DNA of 62,283 nucleotides, the filler included, from Actinomycetota bacterium (lineage in GTDB: Bacteria; Actinomycetota; Acidimicrobiia; Spongiisociales; UBA4744): assembly GCA_013152275.1 (NCBI GenBank). It is 6 parts of 6 records of this genome, joined end to end, with 100 filler letters (N's around TTAATTAATTAA, not from the genome) between each part and the next. Parts side by side here need not be neighbours in the genome. Positions count along the whole stretch, not along the records: positions 1 to 9,341 come from JAADGS010000062.1; 5 more parts are not named here. One strand, written 5' to 3'. The translations under genes were made by a program, and so were the position numbers. The notes under the pieces were generated by a model that saw only the letters and a list, made by a program, of their open reading frames with translations, had not been told where the DNA came from and made no database searches. Below are positions 1 to 9,251 of this stretch, one piece after another. Within the stretch, counting starts at the first letter, position 1, and the number at the start of each line of letters is the position of its first letter.

Positions 1-352
1 CATACAGCGCCTCGAGGTGATCGGGTCGGAGTCGACGGATCGGGACCCTGCCGAGGGTGGGGAGGATGTGCCGGTTGATCTTGCGCCGATATCCATCCCA
101 GGTCGAGTGCGCCAGGGCGAGCTTCTTGCCCGGCAGCCACCTGGTCGTCAGGTAGGCGCCGAAGGTGAGCGCCCGGCCCTCGTCGTTGCGGCCATTGATC
201 GTCCGGGCGAGGTGCGCCGCCAACCGTTCCGCGTCCTGACGGTTGGTGCCGGCAGGGTGCCAGGTGCGGCGTTCCTTCCCGGTGACCGGATCGAGACCTT
301 CGTAGATGACCGCATACCAGCGGTCACCCTTTCGTGCGACGTAGCCCTTCAT
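1..352 (-). CDS. Tyrosine integrase copy 1, N-terminal part (runs off contig start)
   Basis: Manual translation from ATG at 352 (RBS GGAGAGGAG) gives an open frame MKGYVARKGDRWYAVIYEGLDPVTGKERRTWH...KKLALAHSTWDGYRRKINRHILPTLGRVPIRRLRPDHLEALY, near-identical to the integrase at 1536-2665. Confidence 0.9.
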   Translation of the reverse strand, partial: MKGYVARKGDRWYAVIYEGLDPVTGKERRTWHPAGTNRQDAERLAAHLARTINGRNDEGRALTFGAYLTTRWLPGKKLALAHSTWDGYRRKINRHILPTLGRVPIRRLRPDHLEALY

Positions 353-401
353 GATGTTCTCCTCTCCGGGTCCCGACGGTCGGAACCCGGTAGAAGAGCA
401 G

Positions 402-524
402 CCGGAGCTTCCTGAGCACGTCAACGCCCTTTTCGACGACTCGATCGGCCAGGTCGAGGCCGAACTGGCTTGGATCGAAGACATGACGTCACGCCTCCAA
501 GGAGGAAGCCATGGAGAAGATTGA
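402..524 (+). pseudogene. C-terminal fragment of a probable PadR-type regulator
   Basis: Frame reads PELPEHVNALFDDSIGQVEAELAWIEDMTSRLQGGSHGED*; AELAWIE resembles PadR C-terminal helices; overlaps the start of the GyrI-like fragment; no N-terminus. Confidence 0.45.
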
Positions 525-606
525 TTTCAAGAAGACGCGCAAAGACCTCTACCTGCCATCTGCGAAGGACTTCAGGATCATCGATGTTCCGGAGATGCAG
601 TTCTCC
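511..606 (+). pseudogene. N-terminal fragment of a GyrI-like domain protein
   Basis: RBS AGGAGG then MEKIDFKKTRKDLYLPSAKDFRIIDVPEMQF, a typical start for this family; sequence stops looking protein-like after about 31 aa. Confidence 0.6.
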
Positions 607-723
607 ACCGGCCGAGTCGGATGCTTTGCGCAGCGAACCTACGCGGAATCACTGCAGTCCCGACATCGATCCTCCAGGTCGGGCACTCCCCTGATCGCAG
701 TGAGGACTTCCGTCCGCAGGTCC

Positions 724-1002
724 TCACTGCAAAGAAACGTGGGTAGGTGTGAGCGCAATCAGCCAAATCAACAAGCTCGCCGAAGTCATCAAGATGCCGA
801 CCAGCACTCTATCCCTGGTGATGGCCTGACGAAGCAAGATGACCCAAGCCACAATCAGGGCGACTGGAGTGACGACGGGAGCTAGGAAGCTCGAGAGAGC
901 CGCTACCACAAACGCCAACCAGTCGATCGCCCTGAACTGGGTGATGGCTGGTCGATCACGGTTCCCCTTGGCATCTCTCGCCATCCATGATTCTTTCATC
1001 AT
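724..1002 (-). CDS. Small hypothetical membrane protein
   Basis: Hydrophobic stretches WLAFVVAALSSFLAPVVTPVALIVAWVILL and VLVGILMTSASLLIWLIAL; start uncertain. Confidence 0.45.
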   Translation of the reverse strand: MMKESWMARDAKGNRDRPAITQFRAIDWLAFVVAALSSFLAPVVTPVALIVAWVILLRQAITRDRVLVGILMTSASLLIWLIALTPTHVSLQ

Positions 1003-1499
1003 CCGTCGGGCCTGCCACCGGGTAGTCCAGCGCGAGGCATCTGAAGTTACCCAAGCTTTCCTAACACACGGAGCACGGCGACTGTCCCCTTCTTCACACT
1101 GGCAATCCAAGGACCATAGACCTATATACTACTAGTCCATCCCTTCTCTATCAACTGCCTGGAGAGAAGCCATGGGTCCCGTCTGGGAGCGTGGTGTGTG
1201 AGTGGCAGCGCGTCGTCCCCGTCGTTATCGCCGTTGGGGGCGGACTCGATCCCGCTCGCGTCGTTGGGGTTTGCTCAATTGCCATCGACACCAGCTGCAA
1301 GATCATCCCGGGTGGGGTCACGACTTCTGCCAATCCTTTGCGAACGACGCTTCCGACCTGGCGACCCGCCTGCAGGAGTTTCGACAGCGAAGGCGTTTGG
1401 AGTGACCTACGTCCTCGAAGCGTGAGTTGCGCGGTTGGCCTGATACCACGGCCACAGTTTGAGCTGGGCTGGGTGGAGGTTGCGGTTGTCTGGCGGGGG

Positions 1500-1541
1500 C
1501 TTCTACCGTTTGGCGGTGCTCTTCTACCGTCGCTTCTACCG
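1500..1541 (+). repeat. Three CTTCTACCG direct repeats (putative arm-type integrase binding sites)
   Basis: Exact copies at 1500-1508, 1521-1529, 1533-1541; the last overlaps the integrase stop codon. Confidence 0.75.
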
Positions 1542-2665
1542 GCCGTTGGCGATCAGCCTCTCGAAGACGCGTGCCGCTTGGGCTTGCATGCCGGGCAGGA
1601 CGTGTTGGTAGGTGTCGATGGTGAATACCGGGTTGTTGTGGCCGAGGCGTTCGGACACGACTTTGACGGGGACACCTTCTTTGATTAGCAGGGTTCCGTG
1701 CGTGTGGCGCAGGTCGTGCAGCCGGATCCTGGGGATCCCGGCTCGTCGTACGATCCGTTCGAAGGCCTGCGAGATCGAGTGCGGGTGGACGGGTTCGCCG
1801 TAGGCGTTGGTGAACACCCATCCGGATGCCTCGACTCCGGCGACGTCTTGTTCGATGTGCTGCCAGTTCCGCCACGCGGTCATCACGGCGACGGTGGTGG
1901 GGTCGAGGTCGACAGCCCGGCGTGAGGTGCGGGTCTTGCCACGGGTCTCACGCAGTTCGTACCCGACCGACACCAGGCCCCGGTTGATCGAGACCGTCGC
2001 GGTGTCGAGGTCGATGTCGTCCCATTTGAGGCCGAGGAGTTCGCTGCGCCGCATCCCGGTGTTGGCTTCGAGCCAGAACGCTGGGAACAGGCGGTGGCCG
2101 GCTGCGGCATGCAGAAACCCTTGGAGTTGTTGGGCTGTCCAGGCCTGCTGTTCCACCTTGGGGATCGCACACAGCTTCGGGGCGTGCGCCGCCAACGCGA
2201 CGTTGCGTGACACGATGCCACGTTCGACGGCGTCGTTGAGGGCACCGCGGATTATGAGATGGATCTCCAACACCGTCTTCGGTGCCAACGCACGGGTCTC
2301 GTCGGTGGGATGCAGCTTGGAGTCATACAGCGCCTCGAGGTGATCGGGTCGGAGTCGACGGATCGGGACCCTGCCGAGGGTGGGGAGGATGTGCCGGTTG
2401 ATCTTGCGCCGATAATGCTGGATGCCAACTCCAGCTTCTTGCCCGGCAGCCACCTGGTCGTCAGGTAGGCGCCGAAGGTGAGCGCCCGGCCCTCGTCGTT
2501 GCGACCGTTCACCTCCCTGGCGAGCCGCGCTGCCAACCGCTCCGCGTCCTGACGGTTGGTGCCGGCAGGATGCCAGGTGCGGCGCTCCTTGCCGGTGACC
2601 GGATCGAGACCCTCATAGATGACCGCATACCAGCGGTCACCCTTCGCTGCGACGCAGCCCTTCAT
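1536..2665 (-). pseudogene. Tyrosine integrase copy 2, full length but frameshifted near 2415
   Basis: Split between ORFs 2252-2692 and 1536-2453; catalytic TGMRRSE, HDLRH, LGH and TYQH motifs intact; 10 bp shorter than copy 1 at the STWDGY segment. Confidence 0.9.
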
Positions 2666-2704
2666 GATCTCTGCTCCTTTCCGGGCTACCAACGATCGGG
2701 AACC

Positions 2705-2725
2705 CGGTAGAAGAATCGGTAGAAG
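2705..2725 (-). repeat. Two CGGTAGAAG repeats (inverse of CTTCTACCG) upstream of integrase
   Basis: 2705-2713 and 2717-2725; another copy at 388-396 upstream of integrase copy 1 in the same GGAACCCGGTAGAAGA context. Confidence 0.75.
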
Positions 2726-2846
2726 AAGCGGCGAGCCGGAGATGCAACCTGCCGCCCCGGTTTGAGGTACATACTCGGCTCTTGACCTCGTCCCGGGAAC
2801 AGTGGTATGGTGTCAACATCTCGTAGCGAATAATTGACTGGATGGG

Positions 2847-3524
2847 GTGATGAAAAGCCGACCTGTCGCAGCAGAGGTTCACGACCGGGTGGTTGCGTCG
2901 CGGGAGCGGTTCTGGAGACCGGAGGACTTTCGGGGTGCTCCATTGACGGTCGCGAAGGCGCTGTCGCGTCTTGAGAAGGCGGGTGAGCTGCGACGTATCC
3001 GCCGGGGCCTGTACTGGCGTGGTGCAGTGACACCGTTGGGGATGGCTCCGCCGCCTACGATGCGACTGGCGAAGGAGCTGGTTGGAGTGCGAGGCGTCGG
3101 CCCCGGGGAGGGGAGTGCCGCTTTGGCGTTGGGTCTGTCGACGCACGTGCCGGCTGCAACGACGATCGCGGTGCCGGGTCGGGTACCCGATAGTCCGTTC
3201 GATACGGTGCGGTTCGTCAGCCGGAGTGCGTCGACGAAACGTCTCGACGAGCGGCTCCGTCCGGGCGAGGTAGCGTTGTTGGAGGTACTGCGCGATTGGG
3301 ACCGCTACGTGGACGCGCCGGAGGCGGTGGCGTACGATCGGATCGGCCGGTTGATCGAAGACGGGACGATCCGCCTCGAACGGGTCGTCGCTGCGTCGGT
3401 GACCGAGCCGGCGCGCACCCGGAGCCGGTTGCGGGCCGTGCTCGAGGCGCTTGGGTTCACCGACGCCGCCCACAGGGTTCCGCCTCCCCGGTTTGTGAAG
3501 TACTCGGAATCCCGGGTGGCGTGA
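2847..3524 (+). CDS. AbiEi-like type IV TA antitoxin (DUF6088-like)
   Basis: N-terminal wHTH motif KALSRLEKAGELRRIRRGLY, LGLSTHVP; directly upstream of an AbiEii gene. Confidence 0.85.
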   Translation: MMKSRPVAAEVHDRVVASRERFWRPEDFRGAPLTVAKALSRLEKAGELRRIRRGLYWRGAVTPLGMAPPPTMRLAKELVGVRGVGPGEGSAALALGLSTHVPAATTIAVPGRVPDSPFDTVRFVSRSASTKRLDERLRPGEVALLEVLRDWDRYVDAPEAVAYDRIGRLIEDGTIRLERVVAASVTEPARTRSRLRAVLEALGFTDAAHRVPPPRFVKYSESRVA

Positions 3525-3528
3525 CGTC

Positions 3529-4476
3529 GTGTTCCGGGACGAAGCCGTCTTCCAGGCGACGATCGAGGCAGCGGCCGAGCGTCTCGGCATCACCGCAACT
3601 GCGGTCGAGAAGGACTACTGGGTGACCCAGGCGCTGCGGGTCCTTGCAGGCGAGTTTCCCGACGACTTCGTCTTCAAGGGAGGGACGAGCCTTTCGAAAG
3701 GGTACGGGCTGATCGAACGGTTCTCCGAAGACATCGACCTGCTGATCATCACGGGAACCCGTGGGAAAGGTGCGGTCGACCGGCTGATGAAAGACATGGG
3801 CGGAGCCGTCGCCCACCACATGGGGGCAACGCCGCAGTCCGAGCACCCCGAACGGGGCGTCCATCGGACGTACCGGATCGCCTATCCGACCGACCGTCCC
3901 CAGACCACCGCGATCGAACCGTCGGTGCTGCTCGAGATGGGTGTCCGTGGCGGAGATCAACCCTCGCGCCGGGTTGAGATCCGGATGCTGCTCGGCGACG
4001 TGCTCCACGACGCGGGCACCGATGTCTCCCGATATCCGGATCTCGAAGCGTTCGCGGTGCGTGTTCTGCATCCGGGTCGCACCCTCCTCGAGAAGTTCGC
4101 CGCGATCCACGCCGAGGCGACCCGTCTCGCTGCTGATACCGACGCTCACGCGACGCCTCGGATCGGTCGTCACTTCTACGACGTGGCCCGGCTCCTCACC
4201 AACGATGAGGTTGCCTCGTTCCTTGCCGACGACGCCACCGTGGAGAGGGTTCTCGAAGAGATCGAGCAGGTATCACGGGAGCACTTCACCGCAAACACCA
4301 GCGGGGAGATTCGCCCGGAGGGCGGGTTTCGACACAGCCCGGCGTTCGATCTCTCCTCGGACGTCGCCGACCGCCTCAGGGTCGCGTACGAATCCGACAT
4401 GGAAGACCTCTTCTATGGTGTCGCGCCGCCGACGTGGGAAGAGATCTGCCGGCAGGTCACATCGAGCCCCGTCTGA
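3529..4476 (+). CDS. AbiEii/AbiGii nucleotidyltransferase toxin
   Basis: VEKDYWV, FKGGTSLSK, RFSEDIDL, TLLEK and RHFYD motifs. Confidence 0.92.
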   Translation: MFRDEAVFQATIEAAAERLGITATAVEKDYWVTQALRVLAGEFPDDFVFKGGTSLSKGYGLIERFSEDIDLLIITGTRGKGAVDRLMKDMGGAVAHHMGATPQSEHPERGVHRTYRIAYPTDRPQTTAIEPSVLLEMGVRGGDQPSRRVEIRMLLGDVLHDAGTDVSRYPDLEAFAVRVLHPGRTLLEKFAAIHAEATRLAADTDAHATPRIGRHFYDVARLLTNDEVASFLADDATVERVLEEIEQVSREHFTANTSGEIRPEGGFRHSPAFDLSSDVADRLRVAYESDMEDLFYGVAPPTWEEICRQVTSSPV

Positions 4477-4612
4477 TCGTCGTCTGCGTACCGTTCCCTC
4501 GTGCGCCCGTCGGCGCGAGGGGGCGGGACGGGAAGTGGTGAGAAACGATGAGAGGCGGAACCCGAGTCAGGACAAAGGTTGTCGGGGATTCTGCCAGCTC
4601 GGCGGCCGGGGT

Positions 4613-4655
4613 CTCATGCCCCGAAGGTCGCGGGTTCAAATCCCGCCCCCGCTAC
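4613..4655 (+). mobile_element. tRNA-fMet 3' remnant (att-like site 1)
   Basis: CTCAT-gc-CCCGAAGGTCGCGGGTTCAAATCCCGCCCCCGCTA matches the anticodon-to-3' half of initiator tRNA-Met; 5' half degenerate. Confidence 0.85.
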
Positions 4656-4657
4656 TA

Positions 4658-4688
4658 CCGAAAACCCTTGTGCTACAAGGGTTTTCGG
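4658..4688. terminator. Perfect 14-bp hairpin after the tRNA remnant
   Basis: CCGAAAACCCTTGT-GCT-ACAAGGGTTTTCGG. Confidence 0.6.
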
Positions 4689-4724
4689 CGTTTGAGGTAT
4701 CCCTCGGATCGGCCGTTGTGAGTC

Positions 4725-4746
4725 TCCATACCGCGTCCATACCGCG
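4725..4746 (+). repeat. Tandem 11-bp repeat TCCATACCGCG x2 (arm-site-like)
   Basis: Exact tandem duplication about 70 bp after the att core. Confidence 0.55.
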
Positions 4747-5007
4747 AGCCGACAAGTTCGCACTGTTTCGGGACCCTGTTTCACGGCCTCCACCGAGGCT
4801 CGACGGGCATTGACGACAGTCCGGGTGTCGATTCTCGCGGCTGCGCACGGCGTCCGATGTCGGCCGTGGCCGGCGCACAGACATACCTGCGCACTCGGCA
4901 AACTGCTTGTCATGAAGACAGATCAGGGTGATCTGCTCGACTAAACGTGGGGCCACTGCGCCGGTTTCAAAGAGGCGGCTCTGCAACGATCGGTTCAGTC
5001 GCGCCGA

Positions 5008-5796
5008 TCAGAGCGTGGCGAGGCCTCCTGAGACCGGGATCACTGCGCCGGTGAGGTAGGAGCCGGCGCGGGATGCGAGCCAGACGGCGGTGCCGCCGGC
5101 ATCGTCGGGAGTCCCCGCCCGGTGCATCGGTATGCGATCCATCACGATCCTCGTGACGCCGGGGTCACCAAACACAAAGGCGGTCATCTTCGACTTGAAC
5201 AGCCCGGGAGCGATCGCGTTGACGGTGACGTTCCGACCGGCGAGGTGGCGGGCGAGATGTCGTGTAAGCATATGCACGGCCGCCTTGGAGGCGCTGTAGC
5301 CGTAGCTCTCGAACTCCGGAGACACCAGCCCGTCGATCGAGCCGATGTTGATCACTCGCGAGGGGTCCTCGGGAGACGCCCGTTCGGTCAACAACGGCAC
5401 GAGTTCCTGGGTGAGCAGGAACGTCCCCCGCGCATTGGTGTTCATGACCTTGTCCCAGGCTTCCAGCGGATGGTCCCCGAGCGGGGCGTTCCACGTGGTT
5501 CCGGCGTTGTTGACCAAGATGTCCAGCCCGGCGGCCCGCTCGCGGATGTCCGCCGCCAACGCCGCGCACCCCTCCGCGGTCGACACGTCACCGGCGAAGC
5601 CTTCGCAGGGCCCACGCCCTGAGAGCTTGTCTGCGGCCTCGGCACAGGCGTCTGCCTTCCGAGAACTGATATAGACGGTCGCACCCGCATCCAGCAACGC
5701 CCCGGCGATCATTGTCCCGATCCCCCGGCTCCCGCCGGTCACCAGAGCAGTCTTTCCATCCAGCCCGAACAACTCCACAATACGATCAGTGTTCAT
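5008..5796 (-). CDS. Short-chain dehydrogenase/reductase
   Basis: TGGSRGIG, NNAG, YSASK motifs. Confidence 0.93.
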   Translation of the reverse strand: MNTDRIVELFGLDGKTALVTGGSRGIGTMIAGALLDAGATVYISSRKADACAEAADKLSGRGPCEGFAGDVSTAEGCAALAADIRERAAGLDILVNNAGTTWNAPLGDHPLEAWDKVMNTNARGTFLLTQELVPLLTERASPEDPSRVINIGSIDGLVSPEFESYGYSASKAAVHMLTRHLARHLAGRNVTVNAIAPGLFKSKMTAFVFGDPGVTRIVMDRIPMHRAGTPDDAGGTAVWLASRAGSYLTGAVIPVSGGLATL

Positions 5797-5805
5797 AACA
5801 CACAG

Positions 5806-6200
5806 TGTAGCTATTGAACGTCTGGACATCGTTCCGTTGTGGGGTGAGGTCGGGTTCCGCAGGGAGATCGTTCCGGTGGTTGGGGTGGGTTCGGGTGCGG
5901 TGTTGTGGGGTCGTCGGAGGGTTCGGGCGAGGTCGTTATCGCCGCTGTGGATGATTTGACCGTCGAGGGTTACGACGATGAGTCGTTTGGCCCAGACTTT
6001 GATGATCGCGGTGACGTACCGGTGGGTTTGGTCCTCGGCGAGTGTGACTTGTTTGCCGAAGTGATTCGCCGACTTGTATGTGGGGACCCTGGGATTCTTG
6101 GAGGTTCTCGGGTGTGGAAAAGGACGGGCGAGGCGGCGAAGGAGCGGTCACGGGCAAGAGTGGAGTTGACGGCGGTGATTGATCCCACTGTGTCCACGGA
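5806..6200 (-). mobile_element. Possible degenerate IS481-like transposase C-terminal remnant and end
   Basis: One minus frame reads HFGKQVTLAEDQTHRYVTAIIKVWAKRLIVVTLDGQII; end begins TGT and has GACATCGTTCCG / GAGATCGTTCCG repeats; no intact ORF. Confidence 0.3.
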
Positions 6201-6381
6201 GAGTGGTTGGTTCTTGAGGATCCTTCCTTCTTTGTCGCCGCGGTGCCTGAAGCCAGACTGAAGCCCAACGACCTGACACAGCCCGACATCACGCGTTACT
6301 CGTTGATAGGCATACCCTGCTGTGAGGATGTTGATTGTCGTTACTCATTGGAGTGCAGCGGTATCGAAAGCCCACTCGTAG

Positions 6382-6422
6382 CTGATAACCCGAAGGTCGC
6401 GGGTTCAAATCCCGCCCCCGCT
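6382..6422 (+). mobile_element. tRNA-fMet 3' remnant (att-like site 2)
   Basis: 6389-6422 is identical to 4620-4653 (34 bp); preceded by CTGATAA instead of CTCATAA. Confidence 0.85.
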
Positions 6423-6432
6423 GCGAACGGAC

Positions 6433-6455
6433 ACCCCTGTAAACACAGGGGTTTT
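6433..6455 (+). terminator. Hairpin after second tRNA remnant
   Basis: ACCCCTGT-AAAC-ACAGGGGT then TTT; related to the 4658 hairpin. Confidence 0.55.
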
Positions 6456-7103
6456 CGGCTTTCTGGGTTTCGGTCGGCCGGGCTCAGATGCCCTCCTGAA
6501 GCCAGACGGTCGGTGGACCGCCGATCATCTCGTGGTCGAGCTTGCTGGCGGGTGGTCGCAAGACCGCCGTATGGTCACCCTTTGTGTTGAACGGATGTCC
6601 GGAGAATGGTGCTGAGTGCCGGTAATGTGCCGGCGGTAACGAAGGTGCGACAGTCTGTGAACCCGTCGTGTATTCGGCCAGCTGTCGAGGAACGACGTGT
6701 TACGAATCAGCCCTGCGTGACCGTTACTTACCGATCATCAAAGTAATCAGAACCGTATACACATCCGTGCAATCACCGGCATCAACACCAGCTACGGAGT
6801 CGTTGAGAGCCTGCACCATCTCAAGGGCTGTCGCATGTACTCCGTTGTCAGCGAGAACCTGAGTCGGCTCCACGCGGTTTGTGCTTGCTCGGTGTGCAGC
6901 GACGAGGAGGACCAGCGACACCGGAACGCCCATCGCCACGAGGAACGGGGCGACGAAAAGCGGAGACACCATACGGATTCGTGTCCAGTACACGTATGTA
7001 CGTGTCTGACAGGAGTGAAACCGCAAGAGCGAACGTAGCCGGCGATGTAGTCGAAGTGCCGCGATGGCAGTTCTGGGGAGCACCGGTTCTCTGCGTTCAG
7101 GGC

Positions 7104-8210
7104 CTACAGGAGAGCTGATGCGGTGGCAACCGCCATCCGATTGAGGCGTCTGGGTCTGACCTGGTTCGAGATCCAGCCGAGGGTGCCCGCGATGACTGGG
7201 CGGATTCGCTCGGCTGCGCAGTGCCCGGCGCCTTTGACACCCCACACGGTGGCTCGGTCGAACCGGCGGAACACATCTGTGTCGCTCACCGGGAGGTATG
7301 GGTCGTTGAGTCCGTTCACGACCAGCAGGGGAACAGAGAGCTCCGCAGTCGTGGAGATCTCTCGTCTGAGGGAGAAGTCTCGAAAGAGACCGTCCAGCTC
7401 TGTCTGGGTCGGGAGGTGATCGAGCCAGAGGCTGTGGGCGATGATGCCGCTCATCCCGTTCGATAGTGCAGCGAGCTCATCGAGACTCCGGTTCTCTGAT
7501 CCGACGGGGCCACCCAGATCGATCGCGAAGTCGACCGATCCTCCGAGAGCGAGCTTGACGGCCCACAATCCACCGAAGCTGATGCCCATGATCCCTGTCG
7601 GTTGGATGTCAGAGCGGATGTGGTTGAGCACTCCGGCATAGATCTCGTCGGCATCCGCGGCGAGGGGAACAGTCGACTCTCCGGTTCCGGGCATGTCGAA
7701 CACGGTCACATCGAGTCGGCCCAGCCGAGACATCGTCGAGGCCAGCCGGTGCAGTTCGACCTTCCAGGTGTCCACGCCACCAGTGAGGCACAGAGCGGCG
7801 CGTGCTCGACGAGCGCGGTAGCGATGAGTGACGACCTCAATGTTGTCGCCTCGATAGGGCAGGGAGAGGGCATGACGCTCGGCCAGGCTGGTTGATCGGA
7901 ACGTTCGCAGCTGATTCTCATAGGCGTCGCATCGCGAGTCGCTGCCCAGAGCGGGGAACTTGGCTGCACCGAACGCTAGGGATGCCTGCAGGGTGGCGCC
8001 GCGATCCTCGAGCCTTCTTGCTATCCGGCACCACTCGAACACCCACCCGCCCGGGCCTTCGTTCCAGGTGTCGGTCACCCGCGATTCGGCCTCGGCGAGC
8101 GTGCGCCTGGCTATTCCCCACCCGAGGAACTGCCCTCTGCGCTCCGCCAGGAGGTCGCGTGCGTTCAGGTCGAAGTGGAACATCGGTCGGGGGTGATTCG
8201 ATTGAGACAT
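7104..8210 (-). CDS. Alpha/beta hydrolase (FrsA/DUF1100-like esterase)
   Basis: DMPGTGES, nucleophile GISFGG, NDPY, GHCA; start at 8210 or 8183 rather than 8414. Confidence 0.85.
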   Translation of the reverse strand: MSQSNHPRPMFHFDLNARDLLAERRGQFLGWGIARRTLAEAESRVTDTWNEGPGGWVFEWCRIARRLEDRGATLQASLAFGAAKFPALGSDSRCDAYENQLRTFRSTSLAERHALSLPYRGDNIEVVTHRYRARRARAALCLTGGVDTWKVELHRLASTMSRLGRLDVTVFDMPGTGESTVPLAADADEIYAGVLNHIRSDIQPTGIMGISFGGLWAVKLALGGSVDFAIDLGGPVGSENRSLDELAALSNGMSGIIAHSLWLDHLPTQTELDGLFRDFSLRREISTTAELSVPLLVVNGLNDPYLPVSDTDVFRRFDRATVWGVKGAGHCAAERIRPVIAGTLGWISNQVRPRRLNRMAVATASALL

Positions 8211-8220
8211 CTCGGTTCGC

Positions 8221-8264
8221 ACCGTAACCGTCTCTTGACTGACAATCAAGAGACGAGTTACGGT
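8221..8264. promoter_or_regulatory. Long inverted repeat, probable TetR operator
   Basis: ACCGTAACCGTCTCTTGA-N7-TCAAGAGACG(A)GTTACGGT between divergent hydrolase and TetR genes. Confidence 0.75.
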
Positions 8265-8274
8265 ACTGGAGCGC

Positions 8275-8853
8275 ATGCCGGCGACACGAACAGACCAGAC
8301 CCGAGAACAAAAGCGTGGAGAGCTCGTCCGAGCCGCCCGCCGGCTCTTCTTCGCCGATGGCTTCGACTCGACAACGGTCGCGGCGATCGGCCAGGAATGC
8401 GGTGTGGCCTCCAATGTCGTCTACTGGTACTTCGACTCGAAGGACCATCTGTTCGTCGCCGCTCTCGAAGACTTCCTCGACCTGCGCCTTGCCGCAGCCG
8501 GACAGAGCCAGGAGTTGGACCTCGCGGCGACCCTGAGCCGATTCGTCGGGGATCTCATGCAGGCTCGTCACCTCATCGCAGTCGTGCATGACCGTTCTCA
8601 TCACAGTGAGGTCGTTGCCGAGTTTCACAACCGAGTACACGCCACGTACAACAGCCTCCTGGGGGAGGCGCTGACATCCCGTGGTGTCGCGCTCCACGAC
8701 CGGCCATTGGTGGTCGAGGCCCTCGTGACGGCGATCGAAGCTCTGATCATGCATGGCGCGCCGTCGGCTCACGCCGAAGAGATGATCTCGTTCCTGGTGG
8801 AGTCGCTCGTGTCGGCCGGGAGCACACGAGATCCAGGGAAGCAGGGCACCTGA
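8275..8853 (+). CDS. TetR/AcrR family regulator
   Basis: AARRLFFADGFDSTTVAAIGQECGVASNVVYWYFDSKDHL HTH. Confidence 0.93.
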   Translation: MPATRTDQTREQKRGELVRAARRLFFADGFDSTTVAAIGQECGVASNVVYWYFDSKDHLFVAALEDFLDLRLAAAGQSQELDLAATLSRFVGDLMQARHLIAVVHDRSHHSEVVAEFHNRVHATYNSLLGEALTSRGVALHDRPLVVEALVTAIEALIMHGAPSAHAEEMISFLVESLVSAGSTRDPGKQGT

Positions 8854-9087
8854 TCCCGCCGAGGAGAGAACCATCCAGTCCGACGAGTCGTCACCGGGTA
8901 CGGCCAGGAAGCTGTCGTCGACGACGTTGACGCGTTCATCCACGATCTCTACCGGGATACGAGCCCCCGTCCTGGCCGCGGCCCGAGGCCGCTCTCGCGT
9001 GATACGTCGCCGTGACGTACGTGGAGCCCACGCGCCGAGAGTCTGCCGATCGGCGGGCGAGCGAACCACCTGACACCATGGTTGACC

Positions 9088-9251
9088 AGTCGGCGGATCG
9101 GAACCGTGCCGAGGGTGGGGAGGATGTGGCGGTCGATCTTGCGCCGGCACCCATCCCAGGTGGAGTGCGCCAACTCGAGTTCCTTGCCGGGCAGCCATCG
9201 GGTCGGCAAGAACGCCCCGAAGGTGAGTGAGCGCCCCTCGTCGTTGTGGCC
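9088..9251 (-). pseudogene. Tyrosine integrase copy 3, internal fragment
   Basis: GHNDEGRSLTFGAFLPTRWLPGKELELAHSTWDGCRRKIDRHILPTLGTVPIRRL aligns to copies 1 and 2. Confidence 0.88.

Noticed and set aside
4581..4656. Functional tRNA-Met gene
   Set aside because: 5' half, D-arm and anticodon arm are degenerate; treated as an att or pseudo-tRNA remnant
2760..4699. GTTTGAGGTA direct repeat flanking AbiE (2760 and 4690)
   Set aside because: A single 10-mer match is expected by chance in a region this size and it does not mark clear boundaries
6724..6972. Small hydrophobic ORF MVSPLFVAPFLVAMG
   Set aside because: No family motif or clear RBS; may be a gene remnant but cannot be supported
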